DNA of 64,000 bases from Eledone cirrhosa (Eukaryota): positions 233,926,001 to 233,990,000 of the forward strand of contig OZ024743.1 in NCBI GenBank assembly GCA_964016885.1, written 5' to 3'. This document shows positions 1 through 12,573 of the stretch, in pieces. A program made the translations under genes and the position numbers. Under the pieces are notes generated by a model. The model saw only the letters and a program-made list of their open reading frames with translations. It did no database searches and was not told the DNA's origin. Positions within the stretch are counted from its first letter, which is position 1; every line of letters begins with the position of its first letter.

Positions 1-315
1 ACCATTCGCCGGCGGACTTTGTTGACGTTTAACACGGTTTGGTTCCACAGCCACAACTATTGATTTTACGGAGATATCTTGCTGAAATTCACGCCACACA
101 TAGCCAATGAGTGTCTGCACAGGTACCAGTAATTACAGATCGATCCGACCACGGGCGGCCGGCCCGCTATTGAAAAGGTAACTCCGCCGGCAAATCGTCA
201 TTTTTGGATTCGTTTTCTTCGAAGCACACCATTCGCCGGCGGACTTTGTTGACGTTTAACAGGGTTTGGTTCCACAGCCACAACTATTGATTTTACGGAG
301 ATATCTTGCTGAAAT

Positions 316-542
316 TCACGCCACACATAGCCAATGAGTGTCTGCACATGTACCAGTAATTACAGATCGATCCGACCACGGGCGGCCGGCCCGCGATTGA
401 AAAGGTAACTCCGCCGGCAAATCGTCATTTTTGGATTCGTTTTCTTCGAAGCACACCATTCGCCGGCGGACTTTGTTGACGTTTAACACGGTTTGGTTCC
501 ACAGCCACAACTATTGATTTTACGGAGATATCTTGCTGAAAT
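316..542 (+). repeat. Representative consensus-type 227-bp monomer (type A)
   Basis: This is the most common variant. Hand count gives 111/227 G+C, 19 CpG and six 8-bp palindromes. Confidence 0.95.
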
Positions 543-1677
543 TCACGCCACACATAGCCAATGAGTGTATGCACATGTACCAGTAATTACAGATCGATCC
601 GACCACGGGCGGTCGGTTTGCGATTGAAAAGGTAACTCCGCCGGCAAATCGTCATTTTTGGATTCGTTTTCTTCGAAGCACACCATTCGCCGGCTGACTT
701 TGTTGACGTTTAACACGGTTTGGTTCCACAGCCACAACTATTGATTTTACGGAGATATCTTGCTGAAATTCACGCCACACATAGCCAATGAGTGTCTGCA
801 CATGTACCAGTAATTACAGATCGATCCGACCACGGGCGGTCGGTTTGCGATTGAAAAGGTAACTCCGCCGGCAAATCGTCATTTTTGGATTCGTTTTCTT
901 CGAAGCACACCATTCGCCGGCGGACTTTGTTGACGTTTAACACGGTTTGGTTCCACAGCCACAACTATTGATTTTACGGAGATATCTTGCTGAAATTCAC
1001 GCCACACATAGCCAATGAGTGTCTGCACATGTACCAGTAATTACAGATCGATCCGACCACGGGCGGCCGGCCCGCGATTGAAAAGGTAACTCCGCCGGCA
1101 AATCGTCATTTTTGGATTCGTTTTCTTCGAAGCACACCATTCGCCGGCGGACTTTGTTGACGTTTAACACGGTTTGGTTCCACAGCCACAACTATTGATT
1201 TTACGGAGATATCTTGCTGAAATTCACGCCACACATAGCCAATGAGTGTCTGCACATGTACCAGTAATTACAGATCGATCCGACCACGGGCGGTCGGTTT
1301 GCGATTGAAAAGGTAACTCCGCCGGCAAATCGTCATTTTTGGATTCGTTTTCTTCGAAGCACACCATTCGCCGGCTGACTTTGTTGACGTTTAACACGGT
1401 TTGGTTCCACAGCCACAACTATTGATTTTACGGAGATATCTTGCTGAAATTCACGCCACACATAGCCAATGAGTGTCTGCACATGTACCAGTAATTACAG
1501 ATCGATCCGACCACGGGCGGTCGGTTTGCGATTGAAAAGGTAACTCCGCCGGCAAATCGTCATTTTTGGATTCGTTTTCTTCGAAGCACACCATTCGCCG
1601 GCGGACTTTGTTGACGTTTAACACGGTTTGGTTCCACAGCCACAACTATTGATTTTACGGAGATATCTTGCTGAAAT

Positions 1678-4600
1678 TCACGCCACACATAGCCAATGAG
1701 TGTCTGCACATGTATCAGTAATTACAGATCGATCCGACCACGGGCGGCCGGCCCGCGATTGAAAAGGTAACTCCGCCGGCAAATCGTCATTTTTGGATTC
1801 GTTTTCTTCGAAGCACACCATTCGCCGGCGGACTTTGTTGACGTTTAACACGGTTTGGTTCCACAGCCACAACTATTGATTTTACGGAGATATCTTGCTG
1901 AAATTCACGCCACACATAGCCAATGAGTGTCTGCACATGTACAAGTAATTACAGATCGATCCGACCACGGGCGGCCGGCCCGCGATTGAAAAGGTAACTC
2001 CGCCGGCAAATCGTCATTTTTGGATTCGTTTTCTTCGAAGCACACCATTCGCCGGCGGACTTTGTTGACGTTTAACACGGTTTGGTTCCACAGCCACAAC
2101 TATTGATTTTACGGAGATATCTTGCTGAAATTCACGCCACACATAGCCAATGAGTGTCTGCACATGTACCAGTAATTACAGATCGATCCGACCACGGGCG
2201 GCCGGCCCGCGATTGAAAAGGTAACTCCGCCGGCAAATCGTCATTTTTGGATTCGTTTTCTTCGAAGCACACCATTCGCCGGCGGACTTTGTTGACGTTT
2301 AACACGGTTTGGTTCCACAGCCACAACTATTGATTTTACGGAGATATCTTGCTGAAATTCACGCCACACATAGCCAATGAGTGTCTGCACATGTACAAGT
2401 AATTACAGATCGATCCGACCACGGGCGGCCGGCCCGCGATTGAAAAGGTAACTCCGCCGGCAAATCGTCATTTTTGGATTCGTTTTCTTCGAAGCACACC
2501 ATTCGCCGGCTGACTTTGTTGACGTTTAACACGGTTTGGTTCCACAGCCACAACTATTGATTTTAAGGAGATATCTTGCTGAAATTCACGCCACACATAG
2601 CCAATGAGTGTCTGCACATGTACCAGTAATTACAGATCGATCCGACCACGGGCGGTCGGTTTGCGATTGAAAAGGTAACTCCGCCGGCAAATCGTCATTT
2701 TTGGATTCGTTTTCTTCGAAGCACACCATTCGCCGGCGGACTTTGTTGACGTTTAACACGGTTTGGTTCCACAGCCACAACTATTGATTTTACGGAGATA
2801 TCTTGCTGAAATTCACGCCACACATAGCCAATGAGTGTCTGCACATGTATCAGTAATTACAGATCGATCCGACCACGGGCGGCCGGCCCGCGATTGAAAA
2901 GGTAACTCCGCCGGCAAATCGTCATTTTTGGATTCGTTTTCTTCGAAGCACACCATTCGCCGGCGGACTTTGTTGACGTTTAACACGGTTTGGTTCCACA
3001 GCCACAACTATTGATTTTACGGAGATATCTTGCTGAAATTCACGCCACACATAGCCAATGAGTGTCTGCACATGTATCAGTAATTACAGATCGATCCGAC
3101 CACGGGCGGCCGGCCCGCGATTGAAAAGGTAACTCCGCCGGCAAATCGTCATTTTTGGATTCGTTTTCTTCGAAGCACACCATTCGCCGGCGGACTTTGT
3201 TGACGTTTAACACGGTTTGGTTCCACAGCCACAACTATTGATTTTACGGAGATATCTTGCTGAAATTCACGCCACACATAGCCAATGAGTGTCTGCACAT
3301 GTACCAGTAATTACAGATCGATCCGACCACGGGCGGCCGGCCCGCGATTGAAAAGGTAACTCCGCCGGCAAATCGTCATTTTTGGATTCGTTTTCTTCGA
3401 AGCACACCATTCGCCGGCGGACTTTGTTGACGTTTAACACGGTTTGGTTCCACAGCCACAACTATTGATTTTACGGAGATATCTTGCTGAAATTCACGCC
3501 ACACATAGCCAATGAGTCTCTGCACATGTACCATTAATTACAGATCGATCCGACCACGGGCGGTCGGTTTGCGATTGAAAAGGTAACTCCGCCGGCAAAT
3601 CGTCATTTTTGGATTCGTTTTCTTCGAAGCACACCATTCGCCGGCGGACTTTGTTGACGTTTAACACGGTTTGGTTCCACAGCCACAACTATTGATTTTA
3701 CGGAGATATCTTGCTGAAATTCACGCCACACATAGCCAATGAGTGTCTGCACATGTACCAGTAATTACAGATCGATCCGACCACGGGCGGCCGGCCCGCG
3801 ATTGAAAAGGTAACTCCGCCGGCAAATCGTCATTTTTGGATTCGTTTTCTTCGAAGCACACCATTCGCCGGCTGACTTTGTTGATGTTTAACACGGTTTG
3901 GTTCCACAGCCACAACTATTGATTTTAAGGAGATATCTTGCTGAAATTCACGCCACACATAGCCAATGAGTGTCTGCACAGGTACCAGTAATTACAGATC
4001 GATCCGACCACGGGCGGCCGGCCCGCTATTGAAAAGGTAACTCCGCCGGCAAATCGTCATTTTTGGATTCGTTTTCTTCGAAGCACACCATTCGCCGGCG
4101 GACTTTGTTGACGTTTAACAGGGTTTGGTTCCACAGCCACAACTATTGATTTTACGGAGATATCTTGCTGAAATTCACGCCACACATAGCCAATGAGTGT
4201 CTGCACATGTACCAGTAATTACAGATCGATCCGACCACGGGCGGCCGGCCCGCGATTGAAAAGGTAACTCCGCCGGCAAATCGTCATTTTTGGATTCGTT
4301 TTCTTCGAAGCACACCATTCGCCGGCTGACTTTGTTGACGTTTAACACGGTTTGGTTCCACAGCCACAACTATTGATTTTACGGAGATATCTTGCTGAAA
4401 TTCACGCCACACATAGCCAATGAGTGTCTGCACATGTACCAGTAATTACAGATCGATCCGACCACGGGCGGCCGGCCCGCGATTGAAAAGGTAACTCCGC
4501 CGGCAAATCGTCATTTTTGGATTCGTTTTCTTCGAAGCACACCATTCGCCGGCTGACTTTGTTGACGTTTAACACGGTTTGGTTCCACAGCCACAACTAT

Positions 4601-7600
4601 TGATTTTACGGAGATATCTTGCTGAAATTCACGCCACACATAGCCAATGAGTGTCTGCACAGGTACCAGTAATTACAGATCGATCCGACCACGGGCGGCC
4701 GGCCCGCGATTTAAAAGGTAACTCCGCCGGCAAATCGTCATTTTTGGATTCGTTTTCTTCGAAGCACACCATTCGCCGGCGGACTTTGTTGACGTTTAAC
4801 ACGGTTTGGTTCCACAGCCACAACTATTGATTTTACGGAGATATCTTGCTGAAATTCACGCCACACATAGCCAATGAGTGTCTGCACATGTACAAGTAAT
4901 TACAGATCGATCCGACCACGGGCGGCCGGCCCGCGATTGAAAAGGTAACTCCGCCGGCAAATCGTCATTTTTGGATTCGTTTTCTTCGAAGCACACCATT
5001 CGCCGGCTGACTTTGTTGACGTTTAACACGGTTTGGTTCCACAGCCACAACTATTGATTTTACGGAGATATCTTGCTGAAATTCACGCCACACATAGCCA
5101 ATGAGTGTCTGCACATGTACCAGTAATTACAGATCGATCCGACCACGGGCGGTCGGTTTGCGATTGAAAAGGTAACTCCGCCGGCAAATCGTCATTTTTG
5201 GATTCGTTTTCTTCGAAGCACACCATTCGCCGGCGGACTTTGTTGACGTTTAACACGGTTTGGTTCCACAGCCACAACTATTGATTTTACGGAGATATCT
5301 TGCTGAAATTCACTCCACACATAGCCAATGAGTGTCTGCACATGTACCAGTAATTACAGATCGATCCGACCACGGGCGGTCGGTTTGCGATTGAAAAGGT
5401 AACTCCGCCGGCAAATCGTCATTTTTGGATTCGTTTTCTTCGAAGCACACCATTCGCCGGCTGACTTTGTTGACGTTTAACACGGTTTGGTTCCACAGCC
5501 ACAACTATTGATTTTACGGAGATATCTTGCTGAAATTCACGCCACACATAGCCAATGAGTGTCTGCACATGTACCAGTAATTACAGATCGATCCGACCAC
5601 GGGCGGTCGGTTTGCGATTGAAAAGGTAACTCCGCCGGCAAATCGTCATTTTTGGATTCGTTTTCTTCGAAGCACACCATTCGCCGGCGGACTTTGTTGA
5701 CGTTTAACACGGTTTGGTTCCACAGCCACAACTATTGATTTTACGGAGATATCTTGCTGAAATTCACGCCACACATAGCCAATGAGTGTCTGCACATGTA
5801 TCAGTAATTACAGATCGATCCGACCACGGGCGGCCGGCCCGCGATTGAAAAGGTAACTCCGCCGGCAAATCGTCATTTTTGGATTCGTTTTCTTCGAAGC
5901 ACACCATTCGCCGGCGGACTTTGTTGACGTTTAACACGGTTTGGTTCCACAGCCACAACTATTGATTTTACGGAGATATCTTGCTGAAATTCACGCCACA
6001 CATAGCCAATGAGTGTCTGCACATGTACCAGTAATTACAGATCGATCCGACCACGGGCGGCCGGCCCGCGATTGAAAAGGTAACTCCGCCGGCAAATCGT
6101 CATTTTTGGATTCGTTTTCTTCGAAGCACACCATTCGCCGGCGGACTTTGTTGACGTTTAACACGGTTTGGTTCCACAGCCACAACTATTGATTTTACGG
6201 AGATATCTTGCTGAAATTCACGCCACACATAGCCAATGAGTCTCTGCACATGTACCATTAATTACAGATCGATCCGACCACGGGCGGTCGGTTTGCGATT
6301 GAAAAGGTAACTCCGCCGGCAAATCGTCATTTTTGGATTCGTTTTCTTCGAAGCACACCATTCGCCGGCGGACTTTGTTGACGTTTAACACGGTTTGGTT
6401 CCACAGCCACAACTATTGATTTTACGGAGATATCTTGCTGAAATTCACGCCACACATAGCCAATGAGTGTCTGCACATGTATCAGTAATTACAGATCGAT
6501 CCGACCACGGGCGGCCGGCCCGCGATTGAAAAGGTAACTCCGCCGGCAAATCGTCATTTTTGGATTCGTTTTCTTCGAAGCACACCATTCGCCGGCGGAC
6601 TTTGTTGACGTTTAACACGGTTTGGTTCCACAGCCACAACTATTGATTTTACGGAGATATCTTGCTGAAATTCACGCCACACATAGCCAATGAGTGTCTG
6701 CACATGTACCAGTAATTACAGATCGATCCGACCACGGGCGGCCGGCCCGCGATTGAAAAGGTAACTCCGCCGGCAAATCGTCATTTTTGGATTCGTTTTC
6801 TTCGAAGCACACCATTCGCCGGCTGACTTTGTTGATGTTTAACACGGTTTGGTTCCACAGCCACAACTATTGATTTTAAGGAGATATCTTGCTGAAATTC
6901 ACGCCACACATAGCCAATGAGTGTCTGCACAGGTACCAGTAATTACAGATCGATCCGACCACGGGCGGCCGGCCCGCTATTGAAAAGGTAACTCCGCCGG
7001 CAAATCGTCATTTTTGGATTCGTTTTCTTCGAAGCACACCATTCGCCGGCGGACTTTGTTGACGTTTAACACGGTTTGGTTCCACAGCCACAACTATTGA
7101 TTTTACGGAGATATCTTGCTGAAATTCACGCCACACATAGCCAATGAGTGTCTGCACATGTATCAGTAATTACAGATCGATCCGACCACGGGCGGCCGGC
7201 CCGCGATTGAAAAGGTAACTCCGCCGGCAAATCGTCATTTTTGGATTCGTTTTCTTCGAAGCACACCATTCGCCGGCGGACTTTGTTGACGTTTAACACG
7301 GTTTGGTTCCACAGCCACAACTATTGATTTTACGGAGATATCTTGCTGAAATTCACGCCACACATAGCCAATGAGTGTCTGCACATGTACAAGTAATTAC
7401 AGATCGATCCGACCACGGGCGGCCGGCCCGCGATTGAAAAGGTAACTCCGCCGGCAAATCGTCATTTTTGGATTCGTTTTCTTCGAAGCACACCATTCGC
7501 CGGCGGACTTTGTTGACGTTTAACACGGTTTGGTTCCACAGCCACAACTATTGATTTTACGGAGATATCTTGCTGAAATTCACGCCACACATAGCCAATG

Positions 7601-10600
7601 AGTGTCTGCACATGTACCAGTAATTACAGATCGATCCGACCACGGGCGGCCGGCCCGCGATTGAAAAGGTAACTCCGCCGGCAAATCGTCATTTTTGGAT
7701 TCGTTTTCTTCGAAGCACACCATTCGCCGGCGGACTTTGTTGACGTTTAACACGGTTTGGTTCCACAGCCACAACTATTGATTTTACGGAGATATCTTGC
7801 TGAAATTCACGCCACACATAGCCAATGAGTGTCTGCACATGTACAAGTAATTACAGATCGATCCGACCACGGGCGGCCGGCCCGCGATTGAAAAGGTAAC
7901 TCCGCCGGCAAATCGTCATTTTTGGATTCGTTTTCTTCGAAGCACACCATTCGCCGGCTGACTTTGTTGACGTTTAACACGGTTTGGTTCCACAGCCACA
8001 ACTATTGATTTTAAGGAGATATCTTGCTGAAATTCACGCCACACATAGCCAATGAGTGTCTGCACATGTACCAGTAATTACAGATCGATCCGACCACGGG
8101 CGGTCGGTTTGCGATTGAAAAGGTAACTCCGCCGGCAAATCGTCATTTTTGGATTCGTTTTCTTCGAAGCACACCATTCGCCGGCGGACTTTGTTGACGT
8201 TTAACACGGTTTGGTTCCACAGCCACAACTATTGATTTTACGGAGATATCTTGCTGAAATTCACGCCACACATAGCCAATGAGTGTCTGCACATGTATCA
8301 GTAATTACAGATCGATCCGACCACGGGCGGCCGGCCCGCGATTGAAAAGGTAACTCCGCCGGCAAATCGTCATTTTTGGATTCGTTTTCTTCGAAGCACA
8401 CCATTCGCCGGCGGACTTTGTTGACGTTTAACACGGTTTGGTTCCACAGCCACAACTATTGATTTTACGGAGATATCTTGCTGAAATTCACGCCACACAT
8501 AGCCAATGAGTGTCTGCACATGTATCAGTAATTACAGATCGATCCGACCACGGGCGGCCGGCCCGCGATTGAAAAGGTAACTCCGCCGGCAAATCGTCAT
8601 TTTTGGATTCGTTTTCTTCGAAGCACACCATTCGCCGGCGGACTTTGTTGACGTTTAACACGGTTTGGTTCCACAGCCACAACTATTGATTTTACGGAGA
8701 TATCTTGCTGAAATTCACGCCACACATAGCCAATGAGTGTCTGCACATGTACCAGTAATTACAGATCGATCCGACCACGGGCGGCCGGCCCGCGATTGAA
8801 AAGGTAACTCCGCCGGCAAATCGTCATTTTTGGATTCGTTTTCTTCGAAGCACACCATTCGCCGGCGGACTTTGTTGACGTTTAACACGGTTTGGTTCCA
8901 CAGCCACAACTATTGATTTTACGGAGATATCTTGCTGAAATTCACGCCACACATAGCCAATGAGTCTCTGCACATGTACCATTAATTACAGATCGATCCG
9001 ACCACGGGCGGTCGGTTTGCGATTGAAAAGGTAACTCCGCCGGCAAATCGTCATTTTTGGATTCGTTTTCTTCGAAGCACACCATTCGCCGGCGGACTTT
9101 GTTGACGTTTAACACGGTTTGGTTCCACAGCCACAACTATTGATTTTACGGAGATATCTTGCTGAAATTCACGCCACACATAGCCAATGAGTGTCTGCAC
9201 ATGTACCAGTAATTACAGATCGATCCGACCACGGGCGGCCGGCCCGCGATTGAAAAGGTAACTCCGCCGGCAAATCGTCATTTTTGGATTCGTTTTCTTC
9301 GAAGCACACCATTCGCCGGCTGACTTTGTTGATGTTTAACACGGTTTGGTTCCACAGCCACAACTATTGATTTTAAGGAGATATCTTGCTGAAATTCACG
9401 CCACACATAGCCAATGAGTGTCTGCACAGGTACCAGTAATTACAGATCGATCCGACCACGGGCGGCCGGCCCGCTATTGAAAAGGTAACTCCGCCGGCAA
9501 ATCGTCATTTTTGGATTCGTTTTCTTCGAAGCACACCATTCGCCGGCGGACTTTGTTGACGTTTAACAGGGTTTGGTTCCACAGCCACAACTATTGATTT
9601 TACGGAGATATCTTGCTGAAATTCACGCCACACATAGCCAATGAGTGTCTGCACATGTACCAGTAATTACAGATCGATCCGACCACGGGCGGCCGGCCCG
9701 CGATTGAAAAGGTAACTCCGCCGGCAAATCGTCATTTTTGGATTCGTTTTCTTCGAAGCACACCATTCGCCGGCTGACTTTGTTGACGTTTAACACGGTT
9801 TGGTTCCACAGCCACAACTATTGATTTTACGGAGATATCTTGCTGAAATTCACGCCACACATAGCCAATGAGTGTCTGCACATGTACCAGTAATTACAGA
9901 TCGATCCGACCACGGGCGGCCGGCCCGCGATTGAAAAGGTAACTCCGCCGGCAAATCGTCATTTTTGGATTCGTTTTCTTCGAAGCACACCATTCGCCGG
10001 CTGACTTTGTTGACGTTTAACACGGTTTGGTTCCACAGCCACAACTATTGATTTTACGGAGATATCTTGCTGAAATTCACGCCACACATAGCCAATGAGT
10101 GTCTGCACAGGTACCAGTAATTACAGATCGATCCGACCACGGGCGGCCGGCCCGCGATTTAAAAGGTAACTCCGCCGGCAAATCGTCATTTTTGGATTCG
10201 TTTTCTTCGAAGCACACCATTCGCCGGCGGACTTTGTTGACGTTTAACACGGTTTGGTTCCACAGCCACAACTATTGATTTTACGGAGATATCTTGCTGA
10301 AATTCACGCCACACATAGCCAATGAGTGTCTGCACATGTACAAGTAATTACAGATCGATCCGACCACGGGCGGCCGGCCCGCGATTGAAAAGGTAACTCC
10401 GCCGGCAAATCGTCATTTTTGGATTCGTTTTCTTCGAAGCACACCATTCGCCGGCTGACTTTGTTGACGTTTAACACGGTTTGGTTCCACAGCCACAACT
10501 ATTGATTTTACGGAGATATCTTGCTGAAATTCACGCCACACATAGCCAATGAGTGTCTGCACATGTACCAGTAATTACAGATCGATCCGACCACGGGCGG

Positions 10601-12573
10601 TCGGTTTGCGATTGAAAAGGTAACTCCGCCGGCAAATCGTCATTTTTGGATTCGTTTTCTTCGAAGCACACCATTCGCCGGCGGACTTTGTTGACGTTTA
10701 ACACGGTTTGGTTCCACAGCCACAACTATTGATTTTACGGAGATATCTTGCTGAAATTCACGCCACACATAGCCAATGAGTGTCTGCACATGTACCAGTA
10801 ATTACAGATCGATCCGACCACGGGCGGTCGGTTTGCGATTGAAAAGGTAACTCCGCCGGCAAATCGTCATTTTTGGATTCGTTTTCTTCGAAGCACACCA
10901 TTCGCCGGCTGACTTTGTTGACGTTTAACACGGTTTGGTTCCACAGCCACAACTATTGATTTTACGGAGATATCTTGCTGAAATTCACGCCACACATAGC
11001 CAATGAGTGTCTGCACATGTACCAGTAATTACAGATCGATCCGACCACGGGCGGTCGGTTTGCGATTGAAAAGGTAACTCCGCCGGCAAATCGTCATTTT
11101 TGGATTCGTTTTCTTCGAAGCACACCATTCGCCGGCGGACTTTGTTGACGTTTAACACGGTTTGGTTCCACAGCCACAACTATTGATTTTACGGAGATAT
11201 CTTGCTGAAATTCACGCCACACATAGCCAATGAGTGTCTGCACATGTATCAGTAATTACAGATCGATCCGACCACGGGCGGCCGGCCCGCGATTGAAAAG
11301 GTAACTCCGCCGGCAAATCGTCATTTTTGGATTCGTTTTCTTCGAAGCACACCATTCGCCGGCGGACTTTGTTGACGTTTAACACGGTTTGGTTCCACAG
11401 CCACAACTATTGATTTTACGGAGATATCTTGCTGAAATTCACGCCACACATAGCCAATGAGTGTCTGCACATGTACCAGTAATTACAGATCGATCCGACC
11501 ACGGGCGGCCGGCCCGCGATTGAAAAGGTAACTCCGCCGGCAAATCGTCATTTTTGGATTCGTTTTCTTCGAAGCACACCATTCGCCGGCGGACTTTGTT
11601 GACGTTTAACACGGTTTGGTTCCACAGCCACAACTATTGATTTTACGGAGATATCTTGCTGAAATTCACGCCACACATAGCCAATGAGTCTCTGCACATG
11701 TACCATTAATTACAGATCGATCCGACCACGGGCGGTCGGTTTGCGATTGAAAAGGTAACTCCGCCGGCAAATCGTCATTTTTGGATTCGTTTTCTTCGAA
11801 GCACACCATTCGCCGGCGGACTTTGTTGACGTTTAACACGGTTTGGTTCCACAGCCACAACTATTGATTTTACGGAGATATCTTGCTGAAATTCACGCCA
11901 CACATAGCCAATGAGTGTCTGCACATGTATCAGTAATTACAGATCGATCCGACCACGGGCGGCCGGCCCGCGATTGAAAAGGTAACTCCGCCGGCAAATC
12001 GTCATTTTTGGATTCGTTTTCTTCGAAGCACACCATTCGCCGGCGGACTTTGTTGACGTTTAACACGGTTTGGTTCCACAGCCACAACTATTGATTTTAC
12101 GGAGATATCTTGCTGAAATTCACGCCACACATAGCCAATGAGTGTCTGCACATGTACCAGTAATTACAGATCGATCCGACCACGGGCGGCCGGCCCGCGA
12201 TTGAAAAGGTAACTCCGCCGGCAAATCGTCATTTTTGGATTCGTTTTCTTCGAAGCACACCATTCGCCGGCTGACTTTGTTGATGTTTAACACGGTTTGG
12301 TTCCACAGCCACAACTATTGATTTTAAGGAGATATCTTGCTGAAATTCACGCCACACATAGCCAATGAGTGTCTGCACAGGTACCAGTAATTACAGATCG
12401 ATCCGACCACGGGCGGCCGGCCCGCTATTGAAAAGGTAACTCCGCCGGCAAATCGTCATTTTTGGATTCGTTTTCTTCGAAGCACACCATTCGCCGGCGG
12501 ACTTTGTTGACGTTTAACACGGTTTGGTTCCACAGCCACAACTATTGATTTTACGGAGATATCTTGCTGAAAT
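1678..12573. repeat. Two tandem copies of a 24-monomer higher-order unit (5448 bp)
   Basis: The order of monomer variants in 1678-7125 is the same as in 7126-12573. The private variant gatttaaaa ('FKS') occurs only in monomers 4629 and 10077, 5448 bp (24x227) apart. Confidence 0.92.

Noticed and set aside
330-336. CCAAT box (agccaat) with GC-rich elements as a promoter
   Set aside because: Short motifs like this are expected by chance, and there is no downstream gene or transcript evidence.
435-460. CENP-B box-like motif (attcgttttcttcgaag / cttcgaagcacaccatt)
   Set aside because: Only about 6 of the 9 essential positions of nTTCGnnnnAnnCGGGn match and the CGGG is missing.
316-542. Tandem 5S rRNA, tRNA, snRNA or spliced-leader gene unit
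   Set aside because: I see no recognisable 5S sequence, cloverleaf, convincing Pol III A/B/C boxes or SL exon on either strand. An Infernal/Rfam search would be decisive.
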